Shown in pieces: positions 34,470 to 44,424 of a DNA stretch of 47,759 nt. The translations under genes were made by a program, and so were the position numbers. The DNA lies in NCBI GenBank assembly GCA_010093745.1, contig MU006036.1, forward strand, positions 1 through 47,759, written 5' to 3'. Every line of letters begins with the position of its first letter. Within the stretch, counting starts at the first letter, position 1. The stretch is from Piedraia hortae CBS 480.64 (lineage: Eukaryota). A model generated the notes under the pieces. That model was not told the origin of the DNA. It made no database searches and saw nothing but the letters and a program-made list of their open reading frames with translations.

Positions 34470-35229
34470 GGATGCTTTCTCACTCACGTGAGAGTTTTGC
34501 AAGATTTGCTACTTCTCGTAAGGTTAGAAGCCATGGATTTGGAGATTTTCCAAGCTTTCTCTGCTTGTCTATACTGCTCTCAGCGGCATCCCCAGCTCAG
34601 CAGCAGAATCTACATCTTCGCTCAATCTCGGCGTAATCGTACGCCGTATGGACACATCACTCACTACGACATATATACCGTCGTTGAGCATTTCTAACAA
34701 TCCATACCAGAACGGTGATGGTTTCACTCCAGTACAAACAGCATTGAATTTGAAGATGGATGACTTCCGCCATCTCTACTGAACCGTAACTTAGGCATCA
34801 GGTCGCTTTCTACTGCAAAGCTAGCTGGTTCAACAAGACCCAGATTTGAGTCTCGGGGCCTGCTCTTGTTTTGCCAGCACACGACAAGCAGATTTCCATA
34901 ACTGTAGATTGATTGTTACGATCAATAACCATGTTAAAATTCGTGCGGAGGGTTCGTTTCACAACGCTACGTCAAAGACTGGAAACAGCTCTTGATGATG
35001 ACAAAGTTCAGGAACAGTATTTGAAGGGAATGCTAAGTTGGAAGGATAGAGTGGGGTGAAGGTGTATATACACATATATAGTACACTATAGCTATAGGGG
35101 TGTGACGAGGTGTCTTCGGTGAGGTATCACGTGATGTCACCTCAACTACAGTGCTGTGCTCGGGAGATAACACACTTGCCTGCTTGATGTGAAGACCACA
35201 TGATACATGCATCATGCAGAATTGCTACA

Positions 35230-35363
35230 TGTCAGGCCCCCACGTCGGGCATACTTGCAGCGATCTCGGTAAGCCGTCTGTTTGTTATATGGGAACGCTG
35301 TGCGGCAGCTTCCCTTTCAATTGTGTCTCTGCTGATTTGTCCTTATCAACTGGTTATGAGCCC
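35230..35363 (+). mobile_element. Ty1/copia short 5' LTR plus primer-binding site
   Basis: TGTCAGG...TATCAACT (about 122 bp) followed directly by GGTTATGAGCCC (35352-35363). Confidence 0.55.
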
Positions 35364-35752
35364 GGCGAGTGTTTAGTGATAATCCGAACTATTCGTCCCA
35401 TCGACGAGGTGTTTGCACCTCCCGGCCTGCACCAGTCTGATCCACTAGAGACGTTATCAGCGCTATGGCAAAACAGTGATCCTATGTTGGACAATGACAG
35501 AGCTCCGGCAATACTACTAACTCCTCCTGTCATATCGGTAAGCTGATCACCCCTAAACGATTCATCAAATGGCAATTTACTACTGGGCATTTCTCCGGCT
35601 TTTTTGCACGCTCCGGTCATCTCGCTGAAGAACCAAGTGATCAAGAAAGAGGAGAAACGCAACGAGTTCGAAGCCGCGTCCGGCCAACCGATCAATAAGT
35701 ATGACGTGGCCCAGGTAGTTCTAGATGCACCTTACGTGCTCTTCTTAGAATA

Positions 35753-35941
35753 CCCTAGAGACTCGCACATAAGGTCAATACGTCTAGGGCCAGTTAGGCT
35801 TAGCGTCCTGGAAGTTTTTGGCGGAGGAGGATGGGAGGAGCTCACCGATCGGCCACTGATTGGCTCAATTGTTGCCCGAATAGGTTTAAGGCTCGTTCAA
35901 ATGGGCTTAGACGCATTGACCTTATGTGCGAGTCTCTACGG
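35753..35941. mobile_element. 189-bp MITE with about 34-bp terminal inverted repeats (Tc2/pogo-like)
   Basis: Left TA|CCCTAGAGACTCGCACATAAGGTCAATACGTCTA; right end reverse-complemented CCGTAGAGACTCGCACATAAGGTCAATGCGTCTA; TA on the left flank, TC on the right. Confidence 0.8.
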
Positions 35942-36992
35942 TCATTCCAAAGAACTTTCTGCTCTACTACAGAATAAACCCTGGGCAGTTCGTAGAGGCC
36001 TACGAACAAAGACGATACGTTGGCAACGGACTGAACACCTTGGACGTCACATGATGGGATGTGGGCTGCGACGCCAGGATCCTCAACTTTGACATCCGTG
36101 TCATGCATCGTGTTGGGTTACCAAAGGACTGTTTTGAAAATAACAGCATGGCAGCATGCAGAACTCAGGCGACCGTTATACTTGGGCCCTCAACAGAATT
36201 CGCCGGAGCGTGGTTGCCTCTTTGTTCAATGGTGTGTTGCCTGAAGACACAGTCGCAGTTAATGGAGACGACAAAGCCATGGAACGTCTTATTTCCCACA
36301 GCCAGTCCTTGACTCTCAATGGGAGTTTAAGGATGCGTCGGGTCCATTTGAGAAGGGGAAGAGCCCGAGTACCCTACTCGTGGAATTCTCTACCGCACAC
36401 TCGATTTCTCAACCAAGAGACCCCTCTGCCCAAGAAAATGCGCCAATTAACTTGCCTTGCTACACCACTATTGGCGAGTTGTGAATTACAGCAATATTCA
36501 GTATCGACCAAAAGGCTGACGGGCTGACTAGTTCAACTAACAGGGAACCATGTTGGGTGTTGCCAATTGAGCGGCCTTAGTCTTTAGTTCTCATCATCCT
36601 TGATACGATGATAGAGGGAGTAGATTGCTAGGTATACCTGCGTGATTTGTCGAGCCACACATTGGGAATACTTGCAGCGTCCATTTGTGTCCTCTTCAGT
36701 ATATAAAGAGCCTCCCACCAGCACGATGGTGCTCCTTCTCCCGACATAGTGCCATCTCACAGTTCCTCAGCTGACTAATACTAGCGCCAACTCCAAAAGC
36801 ATCCATATCCACAATAAGCAACCGCCCAACCAAAGTCGTCATCCTGCGAACGTCTGCAGCTGCTGTCACACCCCAAAAACAGCCTAGCCCATCCCCCGAG
36901 AATAGCAACCCTCACGTTCATGAACGACCGTTTAACCACTCCACTGGACCAGTATTTTACGGCGCATACATCAAACCACTATCGCAAAAACC

Positions 36993-38330
36993 ATGTCCAC
37001 CAACAAACGGCGAAAACTCACCCCCATGACCTCCCTCGCCAAAAACACACCCAGCACGCAACCGTACAGAATGATGATCCCGCAAGCGGGTCCGCATCGC
37101 TACACCCACATCCACACCCACCAAGCGGAGCAGTGGTTGTTGGGCGCATCGCCCCTTTTCACCAAATCCGAAGGCGAAATGTCACAGTATCAAACTTGTT
37201 TGTTCCACGACCCTGGCACGGATTTGATTGTGCACAACCACAGCAACACCAGTAGCAAGAACAACACCAGTCCTGTAGCTCCTCCCACCAAACCATCCCC
37301 ACCACAATCAACTCCAAAATCTACCAATTCCATGCCCCCAAAGAAAAAATTAACCCTCGCGTCATATAAATCGAAACGGAAGCTAGCTGCTGAGCAGACT
37401 CCCCAGCCACAGGACGCTGCGCAGCAGCATGCTGAGGAATCAACCCCCCACAACCCCCCAAAGAGATCTTCTTCTTCAATCCCAGACCTCCCACCAAAGC
37501 TTACCCCCCTCCCAACCGATCCAATCCTCTCCTCCCCTTTGTCTTCGACATTACCAGATAATATCACAAAGACGTTGGACCACTTCACCCGCCAACGCCT
37601 CTTGATGCAACAGGAGCGTTTGGAAGGGCTGGGGAAGGAGTTGAAACATTCCTCTACTGCGCATAGCGAAGCAGGTAACCCCACACTCGCTGCGCTCGAG
37701 GCAGTGGAGAGCTTGATGGCCTTTATGCTTGCGTTTGTGTGCTGCGAGGAGGCTTTACATGTGAAGAAGAAGGGGGAGGGAGGGAGGGAGAGGGGAGGGA
37801 GAGGGGATGGTGGGAGGGATGAGCGGGATGCACCATCCCAACGGGATCCCCTCACCCCGCGTGATGCCCCTCCACAAGCACCGAAAACCTCTTGCCCCGC
37901 CCTAAAAAACTGGCACAGCCTCTCCAACTACCTCCCCTTCGTCTCCGCAAAATGCGAAGCATTCCCACTCCTTCACGGCCTCATGGCGCATTTATTCGTG
38001 AGCGTGCTTGCGCATATTCTTTCCATTGAGCCTGATGGGAAGTCGTGTGCGAAATTGGTGAGGTGTGTGGACTTAGCGGATAGGGAGCTTGGGCTGGAGG
38101 TTCTCATGGATCAGTTTGGGGCGGTTTGGGATGGGAGGGTGAAGGATTTTGGGGAGTGTGTGGTTGATAAATGGGGTTTTGGGGATGGGAGGTTTGATGG
38201 GAAGTATAGATTACCGGTTGGGGCGCATTTGAAACCTGTATTGGCGGTCAGGGCGGGGATGAGGATTTTGGAGGCGTGGGTGGGGAAATACTTTGATGAG
38301 GGAGGGTATATGTTTAGGTTGAAACTGTGA
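36993..38330 (+). CDS. putative Ell-binding protein Ebp1 / AF4-AFF-like elongation-complex scaffold, 445 aa
   Basis: Pro/Ser-rich N-half with KKKLTLASYKSK; helical C-domain LGKELKH...AVESLMAFMLAF...WHSL..YL.FV...LPVG...PVLAVRAG..IL..W, which I recognise as Ebp1_C-like. Confidence 0.6.
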   Translation: MSTNKRRKLTPMTSLAKNTPSTQPYRMMIPQAGPHRYTHIHTHQAEQWLLGASPLFTKSEGEMSQYQTCLFHDPGTDLIVHNHSNTSSKNNTSPVAPPTKPSPPQSTPKSTNSMPPKKKLTLASYKSKRKLAAEQTPQPQDAAQQHAEESTPHNPPKRSSSSIPDLPPKLTPLPTDPILSSPLSSTLPDNITKTLDHFTRQRLLMQQERLEGLGKELKHSSTAHSEAGNPTLAALEAVESLMAFMLAFVCCEEALHVKKKGEGGRERGGRGDGGRDERDAPSQRDPLTPRDAPPQAPKTSCPALKNWHSLSNYLPFVSAKCEAFPLLHGLMAHLFVSVLAHILSIEPDGKSCAKLVRCVDLADRELGLEVLMDQFGAVWDGRVKDFGECVVDKWGFGDGRFDGKYRLPVGAHLKPVLAVRAGMRILEAWVGKYFDEGGYMFRLKL

Positions 38331-38433
38331 TGTTGTGGTTGTGATTGTAATGATTATTGATAATGATGAGATGCTGTTATCGATGTGGGTATCTCTAGAT
38401 GTCCTGTAACGCCCTTGAGTGATGCTAATGTTG

Positions 38434-40255
38434 TCATTCCGCAAGCAATGCAGTGTTTCCGAAATCCCGCAAAACGGCTACCACGCCGTCCATTTTCTCG
38501 ACCTGTGTCATCAACTCATTTTCCACCCGCCGCCATTCGGCGAGTTTTGCCTTTTCGGCTGTGTTGAGCTTGTCATTATCCACCCTTTCGGCTTTTGTAA
38601 TGATATCGCTGTATTCTTCTCGCTCGAAATTCAGTCGACTGAGTGTGTTTGACATGGCCTTGTAGGTATCCTCGAGTAACTGACCCTGCACTCGTCTCTG
38701 GTTAAAATACCAAAAGTACAAATTGTGCGAGAGTAAACGACTCGAGTCCCGCGGCATTTCCTGGGAATCGACTATACCCTGATCATAAAGAGTTTCAAGG
38801 AACTTGGACACTTCTTTGACACTGAGCAGTGCCAACTTTGCAATATGCTTTTCTTCCGATCGGCCACGCTGGCGGAGAAGTCGAGTCAAACGCATCTGTA
38901 CTCTGCCATATCGTCTGCAAACGACTTTATCCACTTCGTCATGCATGAGTTCTTTGGCCATGGCGGCAAAATCGACAGCCCATCCGCCAGTGTCTGGTTG
39001 TAGTCGCTGCCGCTTGCAGAACCGCTTGCAGTGTTCTTGCAACATCAACAAATGCTGCTCGATATTACTCTCGCGAGCTCTGCGTTCGTCAAACGAGGCT
39101 CTGTCATCGCTCTTCTCGGATTTGATACCGATGGCGGAAAAGTCTTCGCCGTCAGACTCAGCCCCTTGTGGCTTTTGCAAGCCTTCGATGCCGGTCCAAA
39201 CGGGGACATGTGCAGGGACATGCTGGCAAACTTCTTGCAGTGGGGAAGTGGGCAGATCTTGGACGATAAAGTCTTTCCCACCGTCTTCTTCGTCTTCGTC
39301 TTTGAAATCTGCAGCCAAGACCGGCGCTAGGGGCTCGTCAGAGAGTTTTGATTCCAACGACCTGAGAAGTGCTTCGTACACAGATGCCGTTACCTGACCC
39401 AGATAACGACTGGCAAGCTGCTTGAGCCGCTGGCTACGAAGACCTATGGAGCATCTGGCAAAATTTACAGAAACTTCCAGGTCCTCTGGCAGCCCGGGTC
39501 CGTTGCTAGACCCGTTGATTTTGGTACGTTTACTTGGTCCATAGTCGACCTCGGTGTCTTCATCCTGCCACTTACGCTTGAGGGCTCCGACGGCTTGTTG
39601 GTAGCGAGGGGCCTTTACCTTTCCGGTAATCTTGCCGTCTGGAAACTCGGTTGCGATGACCGTCTCCTCTGCCAAAGCCTGCAAATCTTGTGGAGGGACA
39701 AAAGACCGTGGACTGACCTTTTTGATGATGCCACAACGTAGCAGCTCGCGCATTGTCCGATCAAAGTCGCTAGGGGTAGTTTCAAATTCATCAAAAATAT
39801 CACCCACGCTGACATGACCTTCCTTCAAGATGATTGTAACAACCTGTGCTGCTGTGTCACCGTGTCTGCTCTGGGCAAGTTTGATGATTGCCGGATACCT
39901 CGCCAGGCCGACGGCATGGTCCCAATTGACGGAAAAATAAGCAGGAGAGTCTTCTACCTCAGAGTAGCACAACACCAAGCCAGAATTTATGAGCACGCTA
40001 AGAACTTTCCGCAGGTCGGATGTGTGCAGTTTAGCATGGCGAATTAGTATTTTCAAAGAAAGTCGACCATGTGTAGCGAGAATCCCAAATACTTTCTAAA
40101 TAATTAGAAGGCTCAGACAGTGGATCCGGGCTTTACATACCGAGGCCATATCGCCCAGGGAACTAGAGACCAAATGGGTGCACAGAATAGGCAGTTGCTG
40201 CCAAGGTGAGCACATTATCAAACCATGCAACGATGGAAAATACCTTTGAGCCCAT
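38434..40255 (-). CDS. RPC82: RNA polymerase III subunit C82/RPC3, 3 exons (40255-40244, 40197-40141, 40095-38434)
   Basis: Spliced N-terminus MGSKQLPILCTHLV...KVFGILATHGRLSL; tandem winged helices; EEKHIAK, QEMPRD..R...LYFW; introns of 46 and 45 nt. Confidence 0.9.
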
Positions 40256-40467
40256 GGTAGATATCGCTCTTGAGACCTCTCACGTCGTCAAGAGCAGCGT
40301 TGTTAGCTGACTCGCTGATGCATTATTATTTTTTTGCGGCGGTCGAGTCTGTGGGACGCGGGGCAGTTCCGCCGGCGACACGTTGTTCCGGTCACGACTC
40401 TTGACTGCCCGTCTCTTTTGGCACACCGATCCCCATCGGGTCCGTCAACATCACCGCTCTCACCAAA

Positions 40468-41913
40468 ATGCTCTCCCGCTCCGCCATTGGTCGCTCGGCG
40501 AAGCAGTGCCGGTTCCAGCAGAACCGGGGGCTCGCCGAGCCGGCCTCGGGCTCGTTCCAGTACCAGACGGGCGATGCCGCGGGGGTCAAATTCGCCAGCA
40601 GAGACATTCCCGGCCCGGTTTCGACGATTGGATTGGTATCGCAAGCAGGCACAAGATACCAGCCTCTTCCGGGCCTCACCGAGGGTCTCCGGTGGTATGC
40701 GTTCAAGGTAGGCCAAGGACCAGACGACTGCGGATGGGAAACTGATGGGAGCAGAACACGCAACGACGGTCTAGTCTGCGGATACAGCGTGAATCAGAGC
40801 TCATGGGAGGTATGCTCGGTGCCTATTATGATCGCGAGAACTTTGTCCTTGGCGCAAGGTTTCTGCGAGCTGATCTTCCATACTACTTGGAGCTCCTGGC
40901 AGAGGTTGCGACCATGACAAAATATCAGAGTATGTTGGCAGAGCACGGCTAGATTTATTGCTGACGTTATAGACCATGTCGTCAATGAGGAAGTCCTCCC
41001 GTTGATCAAGATGGACCAGCAGAAATACCTATCCAACACGCTCGAAATGGCAGTCAACAGTGCGCACGGCGTTGCCTTCCACCGCGGTCTTGGTGTCCCG
41101 GTCAAGCCATCTTCGTCAATGCCAGTGAAGCAGTACGTTACTGCAGGGGACATTGCCGAGTTCGCAGCCTCGGCCTATGCTAAGCCGTCATTTGCCATTG
41201 TAGGAAACGGCGTGGAGCACGGCGAGCTGGAGAAACGTGTCAAGGAGTTCTTCCCGAATGTACGGGCACAAGCCGCTTACCCGTTGAAGAGTGATCAGTC
41301 TAAGTACTACGGTGGAGAGGAGCGCATTGCGCATGCCAGCGGCAACTCGATGGTACTTGGCTTCAGCGGCTCCAGCTCACCGACTGGGCCGTTTTACAAG
41401 CCAGCTGTTGCCGTCTTGGCTGAGATTCTTGGTGGACAATCCAACATCAAGTGGAACCCGGGCTTCTCCCTGCTGTCCCAGGCAGCCGAGGGCAAGCCAA
41501 CTCTCCATGTCAAGACAAGGAGCAACATCTACTCTGACGCTGGTCTCCTGACAGTCGAGCTGTCTGGCGCCGCCAAAGACGTAGCTGAAGTTGCCCACAA
41601 AGCCGTCGAGGCGCTCAAGGGCCTGACGCAAAACATTGACAAGGAACTCTTCCAAAAGGCAAAGGCAGCGGCTAAATTCAGGGAACTGGAAAACGGACAG
41701 TCAACCAAGGCAGCTATGGTGCTTACAGGAGCCGGCCTGGTGCATGGCGGAAAGGCATACCAAATCGACGAGGTTGCCAAGAACACAGACAGCGTCACGG
41801 TGGAACAGGTGCAAAAGGTGGCCAAGGAGGCACTGGAGAACAAGGCATCGGTGTCTGCTGTGGGAGACTTGTTTGTACTACCCTATGCCGAGGAAATTGG
41901 TCTTCGGGTGTAG
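40468..41913 (+). CDS. QCR2: cytochrome bc1 complex core protein 2, 3 exons (introns 40708-40754, 40930-40972)
   Basis: Mitochondrial presequence MLSRSAIGR; M16-fold motifs AGTRYQ, RSSLRIQRESELMGG, YYGGEERI, LGGQSNIKW, YSDAGL, AVGDLFVLPY. Confidence 0.95.
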
Positions 41914-42039
41914 AATAGAGTGTACATTTTGCGCTTTCGGTTCCTGCCTTTTGCGGTTAGCGTCACACGTGACGTATGCCGACAATTCCCCGAACACTCC
42001 ATCGACGCAACGCCGAGCGCCAACATCACACTCATCACA

Positions 42040-42356
42040 ATGGCCGCTGCGTGGAAAGCTGCTGGTCTTACGTGAGTAGAAAGCCGAATGATCGGCGACA
42101 ATGCTGACGTGATAGCTACAACCGCTACCTCACCATTGCCGCCCGCGCCGTGCGCCGTTCTCTCAAAGAAGATGTAAGAATCAAGGCCGAGAAACGGGGA
42201 GAAATGGATCTCAAAGTTGCAAAGTGGGAGGTATGTTTGAGCTGGTGATATGGTTGATTATCGACTGACAGCACACAGAATGGCAAACAGGGCGAGAGCA
42301 AAAACCTGGCAAGCGTAAACGATCGGGCCATGGCAGAGCACGCTACGGGATCATAA
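42040..42356 (+). CDS. ATP15: mitochondrial F1 ATP synthase subunit epsilon, 74 aa, 3 exons (42040-42071, 42116-42230, 42279-42356)
   Basis: Spliced product MAAAWKAAGLTYNRYLTIAARAVRRSLKEDVRIKAEKRGEMDLKVAKWENGKQG...; canonical introns of 44 and 48 nt with CTGAC branch points. Confidence 0.95.
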
Positions 42357-42435
42357 GCTGGGAAGGCTGTTAGATGTGAATAGTCGCTGTAACTCGATAG
42401 TTTAAAGTGACGCATGTCACCCGCAAACATTTACA

Positions 42436-44343
42436 ATGCCACAACTGAGAGATTTGACAGCAGAATTCTCGGCGGCGGCCAAGCTGCTGGAGCCGGGAGA
42501 ATTGGTCAAGAATGATTCGTTTTTGCTCTTTGATGCCGTCAGCGCCCTGGAAATAATGGATCCCAAGATGGACACGGGGTGCATGGCCGATGATGACGGT
42601 CAGATTGAGACATTTGATCCAACTGTGGATCTGGGAGGGGCGCAACTGTTATGGATCACAGATCGAATGTTGAGCCTCGAAATTGCGTGGATGGAGGGCA
42701 ATCCACTGTCGCAAACTCTGCTGACTTCGTGTCATATCGACTGTCTGCTGTCGCCTTCCAACAGGCCGCCCTACAAGTTTGCGGAGTCGGAAACGACGTT
42801 GGTAATGGCTCTGCGTGCCTACTGCATAGGTGTGGTGAAATGCTGCGAAGTTGTAATCGACACAATCCAATCGCAGGTCTATTACGAAGAAGAAGATTTC
42901 GTAACTCACACCTACGGAAGGGAATTACTCCCAAAGGTTGACCCTGATGGAGCAGATTATCTCCTCGACGAAGCCCTCGTCAGTCTGCAAAAAGCCGAAC
43001 TCGGCCAAGAACTCGGCCAAGCCCTGACCCAACGTCTCCAATTCCGCAAAAACTATCTCCAAGCGTTGGTGAGCCTAGGCACAGAGTCTCAATGGACATA
43101 TATCCAAGCCCTCCTCACCTCAATCAACACAACCCACACTCTCGGGCAAGAAATCCCCACTGCATTCTCCATCTTCCTCCAAAAAAAGCTCTCAACAAAC
43201 GCACCACCCCGCCCAGCCTTAACACTCACCTGGCCTGACACCCACAGCAAATGGACGAGCCTCCTCAACGAACAGATTCAGACCAAACGCCTCCTTACGA
43301 ACCTGGACCCGCTCGCCCTCCAGACCTCCTGCTGGACATTCGCCTACCAAGACCCTCCACCCAGTCCCTTCTCCCGTGCCCACTTCCAAACCCTGATATT
43401 CAACAACACAGACTCAACGCAACTCCTCCTCAGTGAACTCCGCACCCTTGTCCTCCCTTTCTCCCCAATCCTAAACCCAAATAACTTCACCCTCGAAGCC
43501 CCCCAACATCCCTACTACCGAACAAGCTGCCTCCTCGAAACTCTCCTCCTCAAATCCACCGAAGAATATAGTAACATCTACCGCATGACCCTCCAAAACC
43601 GCTGCCGAATGCGCCGGACCTTCTCCCAAGCCATACCCATCTGGTCATCCCTCGAAACCCTCGCGCGAAGCCTCGACAACCAACTCACCTCCATTCTGCC
43701 CCATTCCCCACCAACCCCATTCAGCTCATGGGCTAAATTCCACAAACTCTGCCTCATGCACTCCACTCTCCTCCTGGGTGTGGAAACAGACCTCCACCTC
43801 CCAGATGAACTAGCAGGGGTTTACTACTCCTCCGCGGTCGTGTCGCACAATCTCTGCACCCTCCTTGAAAAACTCAACCCCAGTGAGAGGGGGATGCTCC
43901 GCAAAGCGAAGCTCGAGAGGTTATTGGCGCTAGCGCTGTGGAGGGCGACGTCGTGTCTTAAACTTAACGGGTACATCGTCCCCCCGAAACGGGCGTACGC
44001 GGACCCACAGCGGCTATACGAGGCGCGATTGAAGCCGTTTTTGGGGGTGGAGAGAGATCGCCTCCCGAGTTGCAAAGAGCTGAGTGAGGCGGAGAGGAGA
44101 CATGTCTCTCTCACGGAGACGGGGAGGAGTGTTGGGCTTGATGTTAGCGAGGCGAAGGATGTGTTGAAACTTTGGAGGAGGGAGGGCGATCCGAGGGAGG
44201 GGAGGCTACTTGAAGCGACGTGCGTGGCGATTGGGATTCTGGGGGTTAGGATGGCTCAGCTAGGAGATGGAGGGGGGAAGGAGGGGAAGGTGGAGATGAA
44301 GAAGTGGCATCCGTTTTGGGCGGTGCCGGTGATTAAACTTTGA
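42436..44343 (+). CDS. MAK10: NatC N-alpha-acetyltransferase auxiliary subunit (Mak10/NAA35), 635 aa
   Basis: LEPGELVK..F.LFDAVSALEIMDPKMDTG, W.EGNPLSQT, YYEEEDF, NRCRMRR. Confidence 0.92.
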   Translation: MPQLRDLTAEFSAAAKLLEPGELVKNDSFLLFDAVSALEIMDPKMDTGCMADDDGQIETFDPTVDLGGAQLLWITDRMLSLEIAWMEGNPLSQTLLTSCHIDCLLSPSNRPPYKFAESETTLVMALRAYCIGVVKCCEVVIDTIQSQVYYEEEDFVTHTYGRELLPKVDPDGADYLLDEALVSLQKAELGQELGQALTQRLQFRKNYLQALVSLGTESQWTYIQALLTSINTTHTLGQEIPTAFSIFLQKKLSTNAPPRPALTLTWPDTHSKWTSLLNEQIQTKRLLTNLDPLALQTSCWTFAYQDPPPSPFSRAHFQTLIFNNTDSTQLLLSELRTLVLPFSPILNPNNFTLEAPQHPYYRTSCLLETLLLKSTEEYSNIYRMTLQNRCRMRRTFSQAIPIWSSLETLARSLDNQLTSILPHSPPTPFSSWAKFHKLCLMHSTLLLGVETDLHLPDELAGVYYSSAVVSHNLCTLLEKLNPSERGMLRKAKLERLLALALWRATSCLKLNGYIVPPKRAYADPQRLYEARLKPFLGVERDRLPSCKELSEAERRHVSLTETGRSVGLDVSEAKDVLKLWRREGDPREGRLLEATCVAIGILGVRMAQLGDGGGKEGKVEMKKWHPFWAVPVIKL

Positions 44344-44424
44344 TGGGTAGATAGATATTCTACAATTTCGTTTCGACGTTAGGATATGTTGTTAGGTGCT
44401 GTACCACCAATCCCGCGTGGCATG

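Noticed and set aside
35604..36312. Kinase-like words (LFLEY, VRRGLRTKTI, ARILNFD)
   Set aside because: The ORF runs through a MITE and follows a copia PBS; the motifs are too weak to call
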